From NCBI GenBank assembly GCA_002256025.1, contig NKIB01013421.1:1-57910 (forward strand): a DNA stretch of 57,910 nucleotides, written 5' to 3'. The stretch comes from Asterionella formosa. Taxonomy: Eukaryota. Shown piece after piece: positions 13,392-26,915 of this stretch (the stretch's first letter is position 1; each line of letters opens with the position of its first letter). The translations under genes and the position numbers were made by a program. Below the pieces are notes generated by a model. It made no database searches, was not told the DNA's origin, and saw nothing but the letters and a program-made list of their open reading frames with translations.

Positions 13392-14944
13392 TCAGCCACG
13401 AAATGTTCTCTTCTTGATTGGACGACAAGCTTGGCATGAAATGGATAGACATTCACCAAGACACACGCCTTGATTAGCCAGTGCTTTGGTGGAATTCTTG
13501 ATGGATGATACTGCAAGTCTGGTTTCCTTCTTGGTTTCCTCCAAGTTTGTCATCTTATCGTGACTCCAGTACTCAGAGAGTTTGCTTGTTAGACCGTGGT
13601 GGGGGCTCTTCCTGATATAGTACATCGCGTTACACTTATCACTGGAAAGAATGCTACGAGAATTAGGTGCTAGCGCCCAAACACCACTTCGTACAAGTTC
13701 CGTCTCTTTTTCATCCAATGGTTCCTCGAACAACGCCAGCGCCACTTTTTCCATGCAATTGGCACTTACGTCAATGTTGTACCCACCCTCAAGTGCCACA
13801 ACAAGAGGAGTATTCGGCATTGCAGTCAAAATGGATTCAGTCATGGTATAGTACATATCTGGTGATACTCCACAATCGCCAAGCAAATCACCCTCAGCCG
13901 CATCCAAACCGCAGGCGATCATGATGAGATCAGGATTGAATGAGCATAGAATCGGCAAAACGACTTCACTAAAGGCGGCTGCGTACTCCACATCGCCCAT
14001 GCCCCCTTTGCCCCAAACGATATTGAGGTTGGTTCCAGCACCTGCACCACCTCCGACTTCCGTGTGACGACCTGTGCCGGGATAGAAGAAAGCATTTTTG
14101 CTCTTCTTACCAGTGGAGGCGCTAAATGATGCACGATGAATCGAGACATAAAAGATGCGGGGATCGTCGTACGTAACATCTTGTATGCCATTTCCATGGT
14201 GAATGTCCCAATCTAATATAAACACACGCCTGGCACGCCCGGTGCTGAGTGCATGCTTGGCAGCGACTGCAACATTGTTGAAGAAACAAAATCCTGGGTG
14301 GTGATTCAGTGTTCATACGAACACGAAGTGGTGTTGAGAGAATGACAAAAAGAGAATTGTGAGAAAATTTAGGGTTTTGGGAAAATAAATGGTTGGCTGT
14401 GACGTAAATAAAGTTGCCATTAATACTAACCCATTGCTTCCTCTTGACAAGCATGATGACCCGGCGGTCTGACGACCGCAATGGCCCGCCTACTTTCTGC
14501 ATTGTAGTCAGTGACAGCATCGACACATTGCACCACACCACCGCATGCCAAACTGGCAGCGAGGAATGTAAAATGGTTGAAATACACATCGTCCGGAATA
14601 GCCATGTCACGAAGTTCTGTTTCTGACATGAACTGCGTTTCCCGCATTGCGTCAAAGTGTTCTGGGGAGTGCACCAGTTCAGCTGTTTCTCGACTGACAG
14701 GTGCGCATTCAATCTCCAAAAATCGTCGTCCAGTGTCTTGATTCGAAAATCCCCACTTATTTTCAATTAGGAGTCTGCGCTCTAGGTTCAACAGTTTGTT
14801 GTATATCGCAAAGATGCGGTCACCATTCTCAAAAGGAGCGGCATCTTCGGTTTCAAGGTCTCGATGATTGTCTTGTAATGCAGGAAGGGGATGGTGTAAA
14901 GCCATCCGATTGTCATGGAGGAGATATATTTTTGTTGGGATCAT
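13392..14944 (-). CDS. Class II-type Zn-dependent histone deacetylase, copy A (intron 14430-14294)
   Basis: RPPGHHA, splice junction restores AMG|FCFFNN, DWDIHHGNG, GLDAAEGD, LEGGY. Confidence 0.92.
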
Positions 14945-16301
14945 TGGTTGTATTCTTGTTGATACCTTTTAAAATTTATGAATGTGGACTGGAGAAAGTG
15001 AAAAAAGTGGAGGAGTTGAGGTACTAGTAGGAGAGCTTGTAATTATTTTTAACTTTTGTTCTTTAGCCTTCCCATCGGCAAACTTGTAAAATTGAGAGGC
15101 ACCATCTCATATAGTGACGCATGAATTTTATCCGCAAACTCCGATACACAACGGCGCAGAAATGGTTTGTTGTTTGTGACAGTGTGTGCAACTTCGTAAT
15201 TTATGTGCAGGTGGGAACAAAGGTAGAGGGGAGGAAAATGTGAGATGAAATGTGCTGTGTCTTCCTGTGTAAGTATTTGCTGCAGTTGGAGTACTGGTAG
15301 TACTTGTATGTCGAATGTACATAGAAATATACTGGTATCGCTATACATAGAACATAGAAGTACATACCTTATGTCCCCGGTCTTGTTTGCTCATCCTTGC
15401 TAAAAGCTTTCCACTATTCCCGGTTTGCTTGTCTGTCCGACCCCTGCAATTGCAACTCCCGCTGTCTTGCACCAGCAGCATGACAAGAATTGTTTTTGGA
15501 TGTCCTCGTTGAGAATTTTTTGTCTGTTTGTCCATACGAGCACATGATGCTACCGTACAGCCACAAGTTGCCCTCTAGTTGGGTACTGGTACCTCGTAGC
15601 TACATAGATGATCACTTCAAGATGCATGCGGTGCGTTCGTAGAATGGCAAGTAGAAACACCTGGAAGGTCCAGTAATCGAGATATTTTGCTTAAATGTTT
15701 CATAAGTAAACAAAACGTGTTTTACCGGAGGACCTTCCTGGAACAATAAAAACAAATATTAATATATGAATACGTACATTTGAATGAGAAAAAATATATG
15801 ATCACACATACCGTATATAAATCGTAGATACAATACCAACGAGTGAAGGAAAACAGACTGGTTGCGAGCAATAATACTCATGACATACCGGGACCAGTAC
15901 CAGGACTGTACCCCAGGGAGGCGCGGTAAAAGACGGTTTTGACTATGAGGCAAAAACACAGCTAAATCTCTCATACCGCTACTTGCAGGTACTGGAACTG
16001 GTACCCGTACCAGGTACCCGGTACCTGGTACTGGTACCGATAGTCTGTTGAGCTATGATCCATCAAGGAGAATTCGTGCAACCAAGCTCTCCCTCATTAC
16101 GAGGAATGTCTTTGTGAATGCCATGGCGTTGCAACAGTTGCATGCCAAGCGTGATAACCAAGTATCAGGGTACCATACCATCCTCAAGTAAGAAATAGGC
16201 AACATTATTACCCTGAATCTAATGTCAATCACGAGGCTGCTTGGGATCAATTGTACGCCTATTATGGAAATGAGGTAATATTGACTCACGCAAAATAAGA
16301 A

Positions 16302-17821
16302 CTAAATACTATTAAAGCGAAACCTCCTTTTCTTGATTGGGCGACACGCTTGGCATGCTAGGAAATGGCATTCACCAAGGCATACGCCGTGATGAGCGAG
16401 CGCTTTGCACGAATTCTTGATGGATGATACTGCAAGTCTGGTTTCCTTCTTCGATTCATTTTGATTCATTTTTTCATGACTCCAGTACTCCGAGAGCTTG
16501 CTCGTGAGGCCGTGATGAGGGCTTTTCCTGATATACATTGCGTTGCATTTATCACTCGAAAGAATGCTACGACAATTTGGCGCTAGCGCCCATATACCAC
16601 TTCGTACAAGTTCCGTGTCTTCTTCATCCAATGGTTCTTCGAATAATGCCAACGCAACCTTTTCCATGCATTTGGCGCTGACGTCAATGTTGTACCCGCC
16701 CTCAAGTGCCACAACAAGAGGAGTATTCGGCATTGCAGTCAAAATGGATTCAGTCATGGTATAGTACATATCTGGTGATACTCCACAATCGCCAAGCAAA
16801 TCACCCTCAGCCGCATCCAAACCACAGGCGATCATGATGAGATCAGGCTTGAAGGAGCATAGAATCGGCAAAACGACTTCACTAAAGGCGGCTGCGTACT
16901 CCACATTGCCCATGCCCCCTTTGCCCCAAACAATATTGAGGTTGGTTCCAACTCCAGCACCACTTCCGATTTCTGTGAAACGGCCTGTTCCGGGATAGAA
17001 AAATGAATTCTTACTCTTTTTACCAGTTGTGCTGTTAAATGATCCACGATGAATGGAAATATAAAAGATGCGGGGATCATCGTACGTAACATCTTGTATG
17101 CCATTTCCATGGTGAATGTCCCAATCTAATATAAACACACGTCTGGCACGCCCGGTGCTGAGTGCATGTTTGGCAGCGACTGCAACATTGTTAAAGTAAC
17201 AGAATCCTGAATGGAAAGAAGTAGCAGTAATGGGAGAATATGACAAAATGAGAATTGTGAATGGTTGAGTGTCATGAAACACGATTACCGGGACACAAGT
17301 AACTCACCCATGGCTTCGTCTTTACAGGCATGATGGCCAGGTGGCCGTACGACTGCAATGGCCCTCATAGTTTCCGCATTGTCATTAGTGACAGCATCGA
17401 CACATTGCACCACACCACCGCATGCCAAACTGGCAGCAAGGAATGTAAAATGATTGAAATACAAATCGTAGGGAACAGCCATGTCACGTAATTCTGTTTC
17501 CGACATGAACTGAGTTTCACGCATTTCGTCAAAATGGGTTGATGAGTGTACTAGCTCCACTGTCTCTCGACTGACTGGTTTGCACTCTAATTCCAAAAAT
17601 CTTCGTTGAGATTCGTGATTGGAAAACATCCATTGACTTGTGAGGAGCAGTCGAACTTCTAGGTTCAATAATTTATTGTAAATGGCAGCAATGCGGTCAG
17701 AATTTTCAAAAGGAGCAGCATCGTAATCGTCGTCGGAGTCTCTATCTTTCTTTTGTAATGAAGGAAGGGGATGGTGGAGAGCCATGCGACTGTCATGGAG
17801 GAGATACACTTTTGTTGTCAT
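16302..17821 (-). CDS. Class II-type histone deacetylase, copy B (intron 17307-17207); tandem paralog of copy A
   Basis: Same catalytic motifs and same intron position/phase (ATG G|gtgag...cag|GA TTC TGT). Confidence 0.92.
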
Positions 17822-18356
17822 TATTAGTCGTCGTCTTTACGAATTATGAGTGAAAAGTGGGGAAAGTGAGGTATGCGAGCTCGTAAGATGTTTATCGCTT
17901 TCCAATCTACAATTGAGAAGCATCACAGTTTGTGAGACCATCAGTATTTGTACCGGTAGTATGAAAGCCATGTTGATTTATGTAAGCAGATATACCGTGT
18001 ATTTCTGTAAAAATACGATGTTCAAAATTGTGAGCAGAGAGGAATAATGTGAACAATTTGTCATGATTTATTTACCAGTGTATGCCGGTATATTTATATA
18101 TGCATACAATATTAGTACCGGCACATTCGACATTGTACAAAAAATGTATGTACCGGTACCCCTGAGCTGATGTAAAGATATCTATAGATGCAAAGAAAAT
18201 ACCGGTATTCAGTACTGTAGGACTATGTAGGAGGTTTTTAAGAACTTCATTAAGTAAAATTAATGTATGTATTCATTCAGCATAGTTCGATGAGCACAAG
18301 GCAATCCCGGTCAGGACTGTGGTGATGTGATTGCTTCACAGGTACCTACCAGGGTA

Positions 18357-20227
18357 CGACTTAAAAACTGTAAGCCACCGTTATTTTACTCTATCTTTCA
18401 ACTAAAAATATTTACGTAATGCAACGATCAAAACTAGACGCAAGTACATAGCTTATGTTAGACAATGCTCTCTGCTATAGTACCAGGTACTATTAGGAAA
18501 TCAGTTTTGATTCAGTGTACCGGTATGTAGCCATGAAGAAATAATTTTTCCAAAGTCACTAAGATTATTGCATAGCAGTGCTTTACAGTGCATAATTTTC
18601 TATGTGTACATGTATATATTTTCCGCCCAAACCGTGTTTATTTTTACTCCGTTAATACTACAAAAATTATTTTCTTGTTACTTTACGTTTTACATTTTTG
18701 CAGGGCAGCATCATCGTTGGAGAATTCTTCTGATGCAATACATTAATCTCGAGCTTCTTTGCATCCAATTGCTTGCTTGTGGAGTCTCAAACTTCATCAC
18801 GGAATGGTGGATTGGCAGTAGCAGTTGTAGAAGGAGAGGGAATAGCAACAGGAGGAGGTGCAGTAACAACAACCACAGCAATAGGAGGTGCATGGAGAGG
18901 GAATGGCGGCTGCTGGTCACCACGGTGATTGGTGTCATCGAATCTTGTAATCAGAGCTTGCCTCTTTTTTTGTGGAACCATCAAATCACCTGATCATTTG
19001 TACCAATGCACCATTAATTTCAATTCTGGCACAGACATCTGTTCTTTTGTTTTGTTCTGTTCCTTCAATGTAAGTATTTTTCCTTTAAGTGTATTGAATT
19101 CTTGTTGCATATTTGGCCCAAGGGCAAAGTTTTGTGCAAAGGCGAGTAGTCCTGCTGTTATCGTCTTCTTGTGTCCCTCAATGTGTGAGTCCGCTGTCTC
19201 CTTTCTCTTTCTAGCTTGGGCCATCCGGTCGATTCCATTTCGCACATCCTCGCATTCGCAAAACTCGTTAATTCTTCCAACAATTGTTCCAGCAAAGCCA
19301 GTTTGAAGGTTTAACTCATCAGGAGGGAGAGTGGCAGTCTCTGTGGGCGCATTGATGTTCTGTTGTGGTTGGGTTAGTTGAATCTCAGGGTGAAGCAAGA
19401 CATTATAGTTCAGGGGATATCATCCTCTTTCATAATTTGCTTTCTTGTTTGTGGCAATATTTGCAAAGGAATTGTCCCATGCAGTATTCACCAGTCCAAC
19501 AATGTCGACCTTGTTGATAGTAAGCTCTTGCCTATGATCTGCTTTTAAGGTGAGCAATTTGCGTTTTGCTTTTGTGATATTCATTTTGAAACAACCGTTT
19601 TGCTCACTACTGTCTCCAACCTGCCAGTAGCTTGTACCATAAGGAACACCAATACAGACGGTCCAATTGTGTACTGGGTTGTTTATGTATTCAAGGAACA
19701 AAATGTCAAATTGAGACCCATGTCCATCAAGTATTAGGAATGGTGGGGGCCTGTTGTTTCGAGGAAAGATGCCAGAGTCATCCATGTGCTTTAGCATGCC
19801 AACCAGAAGCTCTTCAGAGATTGAGCCGTTTTCCAACACACAGCAGTATGTAGGCAACTGTTTCCCTTCCACATCACAGTCGTAGCCATATTAAATAAAT
19901 TTTAGAGGATACTAAATTAGTTTTCTAGCGGAGGAATATTATTATACGTGTATACGTATATAAAAGATGATCGAGTAAACGTGAAAATATCCAATTTTCG
20001 CAATTTCACGTCAACAGCAACCTTTGGGCGATAATACCTAATTAACACTGTACACAATGCAACAAAACAAGTACGGAAGTATTTACTTGCTATATAAATC
20101 TGAACAACTCGTTCGTCACAATAAATAGCGTATCTTGTACACTAAGTTCAAACCGTGCGTTTACTCCGTTTAGCGGTGGATTAAAGTTCAAAAGTCGCCG
20201 TAGCGGTGGCTTACAGTTTTTGAGTGG
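18357..20227 (-). mobile_element. Pogo-like (Tc1/mariner superfamily, DDE_1) DNA transposon, internally deleted, non-autonomous
   Basis: 27-bp TIRs (18357-18383 and 20201-20227, 24/27 match), TA on both flanks, inner TIR-like repeat at 20171-20188, internal DDE_1 transposase fragment. Confidence 0.88.
18787..19872 (-). pseudogene. DDE_1 transposase pseudogene (C-terminal half)
   Basis: FLILDGHGS, VPYGTSYWQVGDSSEQNG; three ORFs in one frame broken by TGA at 19420-19422 and 18994-18996; N-terminal DNA-binding part missing. Confidence 0.85.
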
Positions 20228-23200
20228 TACCAGGTACCAGTAGGTTGTTGCTCAGAACTCCAGAACATTCAACACATTCATACCAACGTGATTTCTTGTG
20301 GCTTTTGTTCAGCAACAAATGGTTGGAATCACGCTGAGCACATCATGGAGCACTTCACATTTACAAACTCGAACATTGCTCTAGTAGTCGTGAGTGACAT
20401 TCCTTCCCAAAGTGTAGGAAGCTGGCAGTCCATTTGTAGGCAGCAGCTAGCTTTACAGTTGAAAGGGGGGCTTTCACAAGTAGTATGGTTTTGCTAAATT
20501 ATGTTATTATTTGTTGTTTTCCATTGTTTTTGCAAGAATGATGCTGTAAGTTATCAAGCCAACTACAACCTATAGCTTTTCACTTAAAGTAGCCAGACAA
20601 GCCATTAAAGTACTGGTAGATCCATCATGAATCTTCCTTTGAAGTGCAAGTAGATTCAGTATGATTCTTCAATTAAAGTGCAAGCAGATTGTCATTAGAT
20701 GCATTTATTACATGAAGATTCATGTACTCATGGTAGTACTAGTGCTATGTAGTAGTATGGATTCACGTAGTACATATCACCACTATCAACTCTAGTATGT
20801 CACATACTTTAAATATGTAGTGAAAAATGATGATAAGATGAAAATACTAATTTAGCTTGTTCATCTTTTCCCACAAATAGTTAACTATGATGCTTTGACT
20901 TAATTAGTACGCGATTTTTTGAGACCCCTATTTTGAGATGACCATGATGGTTTCATTGGATGTACTGAAACGAGCTACTCCTTCAATGGAAGCCACTATT
21001 CTAAATACAGCTGCTAGGCTAGTAATAGAGGCTAAAAATATGGTTGACATGATAAAGTTATGCATGTATTGCTTAGCTAGAGCAAAGATTGATTGTAATT
21101 AGCATCAGGAACAAATGCAGGCATAACATGCAATGATTGCAGTATTGTTAAAAATGTGTAAAAACTGGGTTATAATACTTATATTGGGTTTCGTCCAAAA
21201 GTTATCGATTAAGCTAAATTCTGGCTATATCGAGAATAATTCTGATAAATCAACATTTGATCCTCAAGATAAGTTTATATCTCTGGTTATGACTTAACAC
21301 AGATCACCTTCTGCATATGTAACATTTGTGCCAGAAAATTACATCATGATTTCTGTGTATCGGTTCTTTCTTGCCATTCGCATATCAACAATCATCTTTG
21401 CTGTCATTCACTTATGTCGATTCCAATTTCAACACTTCAACAATTATTCTATGAGCGCTATTGTGTGCTATCGACTACAAAATGTTTGAGTGCAATCGGG
21501 TATCGATTGATTGAAAAAATGAAGTGATATGGATATCAAGAACAAGAAACATCATCGCGACATGGTGATACATGGTGCAAGCAACAATCAACCCTAATAA
21601 TCAAAGAAAAAGGTAAGGATCGAATCATTTCATATCACATTTGAAATTTTGGTCTAAACATTTATTCGGGATTATGTCTTTTATCGACTGCAAAATGATT
21701 GATTGCAATTGGGCATGAATTTATGGCGAAAACGAAATGATGTGGTTGGCAACAACAGGGTGCATGGTTGCATATCAACCATGATTCTTACTATTGGTAT
21801 TTTCAGCATCCACTTAGAATTCTTTTATTCTTATACTTAAATTATTTTCTTTTATATTGATTCTATACATAAAAAATATGTGAATAACATGTACTACTGC
21901 TTGTGATGCAAAATAGTTATATGTATACTTTTGGTACCAGGCAGCATGCCCTTAATTCTGTCATGAACATGCACACAGATGGTACATACATGAAGGTGTG
22001 TGGTTCAATTCCCGCAATTTTATTAGAATCAATTGTTGGGTTCGACTCACACACTCCTCACCATCCCATGTGGTCTCGCCTGGTGCTGGAGTGCAAGGAA
22101 AAGTGGGTATCCTTGATTTCAGCCACCAAATTAAAGTGGTGTGAGCAGATTGATTATAATTTCCTGATGATAAGAAAGGAGATGAAACTCATATTCATGT
22201 AAACTTTCATGTAACTTTTATAGTTTGCCAATACTGGTTATTTATAATGTATGTATGTTGACACCAGTGGTTGGCTGCTAATGAGCCAACCCAATCAGTC
22301 AAGTGTTGTCCTGTGTATATCAGTAGTCCCACGTGATTTTTACTACTGCTCTATTGCTGTTTGGGGAGCCTGGGCAGCAGTTCCTGGTGTTTCCAGCCCA
22401 GGTGTTATTGAAAACTCACCAACTTTGTATCAACCCAACAAACATGGTGAGGACTTTGGGGACTGGAAAATGGTGGATACACTCCCCTCCCTCATGGGGA
22501 GTCACTTTCATTTTGCCTGTATTTTGCTTGCTTTGAATAATTATGTTTCTTCTCATCCTCTAGTGACATGGAGTAGTCTTGTTAAGGCACTTAATCAATG
22601 AGGTTATTAATTACCAGTATACATGGTCGGAATTGCTCGGGCTCATGCTATCCATGCTAGTATTGGTATAGTTCCTACTGGTATGTACATACAGGTATCA
22701 TAATACCGATAATATGTATGATTCATATGCCGGTATAGAACCTCCTCAATGCATTTCGGCGTGTAGAGGCTAAATCACGGTAGACTACTAGTGCTGCATT
22801 TTAGCAACGACATACTCGAGTACAATGTAGCAAGACGACATCAGAATGATTCAGCAATGATGATGATTGCGGGATCAAAAGAAAAGCAGCTGATATTCTG
22901 CGTTGTTTGTTCGACGTACCGTATGTCGTAGTACCAACAACAGTATTCCGGTATTCATGGTGAATTGCAAAACAAACACGGTATATTTGTACAACAACAA
23001 CAAAAATACCGGAGGCAGTCCGAACCAGTGGTGACGACGTCATCATTGCTCACATCGAGCGATCGGAGGAATTCTCCTTAATTTTTATATTGAGGATACG
23101 GTATTGTTTTATTCACATGGACTACCGCTACGACAAACAAATAGTTCATAGAATACCCTGGTACCTGGTACCAGTATACACGGTCTCTGCCTGCAAGTTC

Positions 23201-23287
23201 CGGTCATTTTGCTTACCCGGTAGTAAAGCAACAATTTAATCTGGGATAAAGGTAGCTAAATCTTTAGTTCAGCAAAATACCTCAACT

Positions 23288-23315
23288 TGCTGGTACCAGG
23301 TACCTGGTACCAGCA
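23288..23315. repeat. Perfect 28-bp palindrome built from GGTACC/CCWGG modules
   Basis: tgctggtaccaggtacctggtaccagca equals its own reverse complement. Confidence 0.9.
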
Positions 23316-24611
23316 GGTCGTCGTTTACAACCGAATAAATACTGTACGGTAGTCTTCCTGCACCTAGGTCCAGGTACGGAGTACGGTACCTGGTACTTCA
23401 CTTTATATCGAACGGTTTGTACTAACCAGGTGAGGGAGTACCTGGTTGGTACCTGGTACCTGCTTTACATCTAATAAAACAAGAAGTATTCTTTCTTTGA
23501 TTGATTTCCTGCGAAACGACAGACGACCACGTACGAGACGAGCGAGTCACTTGCCGTGGTGACGGTGCCTCGTCGTTGTTCCTCCTGCTGTCGCTCGTCG
23601 TGGTCAGCGAAAAGTTGACATGATTTGTAAATGTACATATTCGTTTATGAGTATACGTAAATACCATTTCGTTTAGTCTCATTTATAATGGTAAATATAA
23701 TAAAATTAAATAATTTTTATGTTCTTTCTTATGCGAGTGTATGCGGTACTGTACCACAGCAATAAAGCAAACAAAGCAAGCGACTCTGTGGTAGGTATAC
23801 CAGTACCATACAATCGTTTTGTGTGTATGGTTACTCTTCATAGTTACCTGGTACCAGGTACCTGTATTACAGACACATGATTTGAACTACGACAGAATCA
23901 TACGAATCATACGAACAACCCCAACATCATACCGGCAGGAACGCAGAAACTATGAAAGTGTGTACCAATACGTCAATCCCAGTATATATGTATGCATATA
24001 TATATTATGCATTGCCGACGAGGAAAGAAAATACTCAATCATCCATTCCTTGCGTCAGTCAGGAAGATCTACATACCGGTACGGTACCGGAGCTAGTCAC
24101 TGACTAATAGTAGTACCAGGTACTTGCTACGATACTGTACTCCTTATTCCCATCGACAGGTTTGCCTACCTTTCTATAATACAGTTCACAGCGTCGCAGA
24201 AGGAGACCATTACTAGTCTGCCGCTTCTAATCGCAATCAGCCGATACTTATTCCATTCTATTCTAATCAATGAGCATAAGAACAGCTTCATCAGGTGCGA
24301 CTTAATTGGCAAATCAGAGAATTGACAGAGGGCGGATCTGAATCAAATCGAAGCAACGTGGCGGAGCCAATCAAGTGGTTGTTGGAGATGGTGCCCCATT
24401 CTTGAAACTGCGGCACTCTGTGTGTCAGCTGCGCCACAGTCGTCCCATTTTTCGTTCACGAACTGTTGTTATTCATCTCCTTCTCAAATTTCAATGTCAA
24501 TTGCAATATACACACACACACACACATTATCCATGTGAAAACGTTGCTTACATTGCGCTCACCTTCACGTTTGCCCACTTGACAGACAACAACAACACTG
24601 CCCCCACCAAC

Positions 24612-26309
24612 ATGAACCAGAATGAACGAACGACACGAGGAATGCACCAGGGTCGTTTCGTTTTAGCAGCTGCTGTCCTACTAGCAACTATGATGATGGC
24701 CAATACATCGTGTACTGTTGCGGCATTCACAAATCCAAGGATGCCACTTCGCTTAATAGACTGCGCAACCACAAGAACGACAACAACAACAATCCCGGTC
24801 AAAATGTCCATGACTGCCAGCAGTGAACCCACGGCACCAAAGTTCAGACCCAACCCTGTTGTCGTATCAGCAAAAGCAGAAGCCTTGTCACACTCACCAA
24901 CGACAATGAAACTTACTCCAAGTTATGAACTGTTTCAAATGTTGACCGAAGAAGAAGGTGGCATTGTTCCAGACCGCATGTCTGGAAATGCCCTACGCGA
25001 TGCTGCTGTTCTCAAGAATAATGGCCAAGACACCTTGGAAGGACTGCAGCTAGCGGACTATGTGGGATTGGGGGGCAAGTTAAAGATTGAAACATTGCCA
25101 GATCCATTCAAAATCGTGGAGAAAGAATTGCAGCCTTTTTCGGACTCCATCAAGGAATTAGTCTCATCCGACCAACCTATTCTATCCATGGCAGCCAAAC
25201 ACTTTTTCGAAAAGCGACACGGAAAGAGATTCAGGCCCACCATTGTTCAGCTTGTCGCCAAGGCTGTGGCTACGGCATCGCCGGAGCGGGCCACTACAGA
25301 CTCTGTCAACACAGAGTCAACAGTAACAGTGGATTTGAACACTGCAGATGGGGCACTCTTTGAAAAGGCAGGGGGTGTCGCTGGATGGCAATGGAGTGGA
25401 GCATCCAATGTACAAGTTAATGCAAGCAACCACCAGGGATCGGAAGCGTGGAGACGACAGGCTCAACTAGGACAGATTGTAGAGATGATACATGTGGCTT
25501 CTCTCATTCATGACGATGTTCTAGATGAAGCAGATACCAGGCGAGGAGGTGAAGCAGTCCACAAGCTCTACTCAAACAAGGTGGCTGTCCTTGCTGGTGA
25601 CTATCTTCTTGCACGTGCATCAGTCCTTTTGGCACGCCTGGAGAATACGGCAGTTGTGCAAATCATGGCGACTGCATTGGAATCGCTAGTCGCAGGAGAA
25701 ATCATGCAGCTAAAGAGTCCACCAGAATCGTTACTTGAGATGGAAAGTTACCTTCGCAAGTCATATTACAAGACTGCTTCTCTGATTTGTTATGCATGCC
25801 GATCTACTGCCCTGCTTGGAGGACATGCTTATGACTCAACTGTGGCGACTGCTTGTGAAGAATATGGATTTCACCTTGGTCTTGCATACCAGATCCAAGA
25901 TGATATCTTGGACTTTACCTCTGCTGCCACAGTCCTTGGAAAACCAGCCCTGGCTGACATGGATCTGGGGCTGAGTACTGCACCGATTCTGTACACGGCA
26001 CAGGAATTTCCACATTTGCGAAAAATGGTGATGCGCCGCTTTAAAGAAAAGGGTGATAAGCAAGCCGCTCTGGAAGCTCTGTACAAGTCCGAGACTGCCA
26101 TGGACAAGGCTAAGAACTTGGCGAAATTCCATGCACAAGTACGTATATCAACCAGTTTCATTTCCAATATTTTGTGTTTGTGAACTAAACCGTCTATTTG
26201 TTTTTACTTTCTACAGCGTGCCATTGATGCCTTGTTGCGTCTTCCACAATCAGAAGCTCGGGATGCTCTTGTAAGATTGACTCACGCTGTCATTACACGG
26301 AAGAAGTAG
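24612..26309 (+). CDS. Plastid-targeted solanesyl/all-trans polyprenyl diphosphate synthase (intron 26139-26216)
   Basis: Signal peptide ending VAAF, GKRFRP, FARM HDDVLD..RRG, SARM QDDILD; splicing yields ...HAQ|RAIDALL...VITRKK*; start 24612 or 24642. Confidence 0.9.
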
Positions 26310-26915
26310 AAATTGTTCTCCACATTGTAGTTGATGATCCCAAATTCCATACCATACATGTAGGCATGTGTGTCATCCACATTGCAACATGAAGAGAGAA
26401 CGTGACCAACAGGAAGCCATATATTTGTCACCACACACACACACACAACAAACACAACACAACTTAAAAAAAGACACATTTTCAGAACAAATGCGTGAAC
26501 ACAAGCAAAACACCTTTTGTCTCCATCCAACGTAAGATAGATACTGTAAAATCTCGGATTAGTACATGCAATTTTCTTTCAGATTGTCACTGTATTGGTA
26601 TACTTTGTCAACTAGCTAGTCTTAAACGATTGTGTGTGTGAGTGCATTATGGATTTCTAATTGGATGGAGCAGAATAGGAGTGATGAACTACTTTCACAA
26701 TATGTATGAAATAATTGGGGAGTCCCATTGATTGTACTTCTAATGCTTCCAACAGTATTTCCTTACATGCGTACCGGTATATAAAAAGGAATACCTAAAT
26801 TAAATTCGTCGTAGCTCCCATCAATGCGTTTTAGTTGTATGTATTTACGTGTACATTATTATTAGCTTTAGGTCGTAGCATTAGCTTTTCATCATGGTGG
26901 ACGCTCAATCATACA

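Noticed and set aside
18994..19422. In-frame TGA codons as recoding (Trp/Sec) in the transposase
   Set aside because: Neighbouring genes use TGA as a stop, the element is truncated, and single transitions (TGG>TGA, CGA>TGA) explain both
24375..24611. N-terminal extensions from GTG/TTG starts in the ORF track (also 753, 3324, 34709, 37341, 48469, 55034)
   Set aside because: Eukaryotic genes; downstream ATGs or a spliced exon give proper signal peptides
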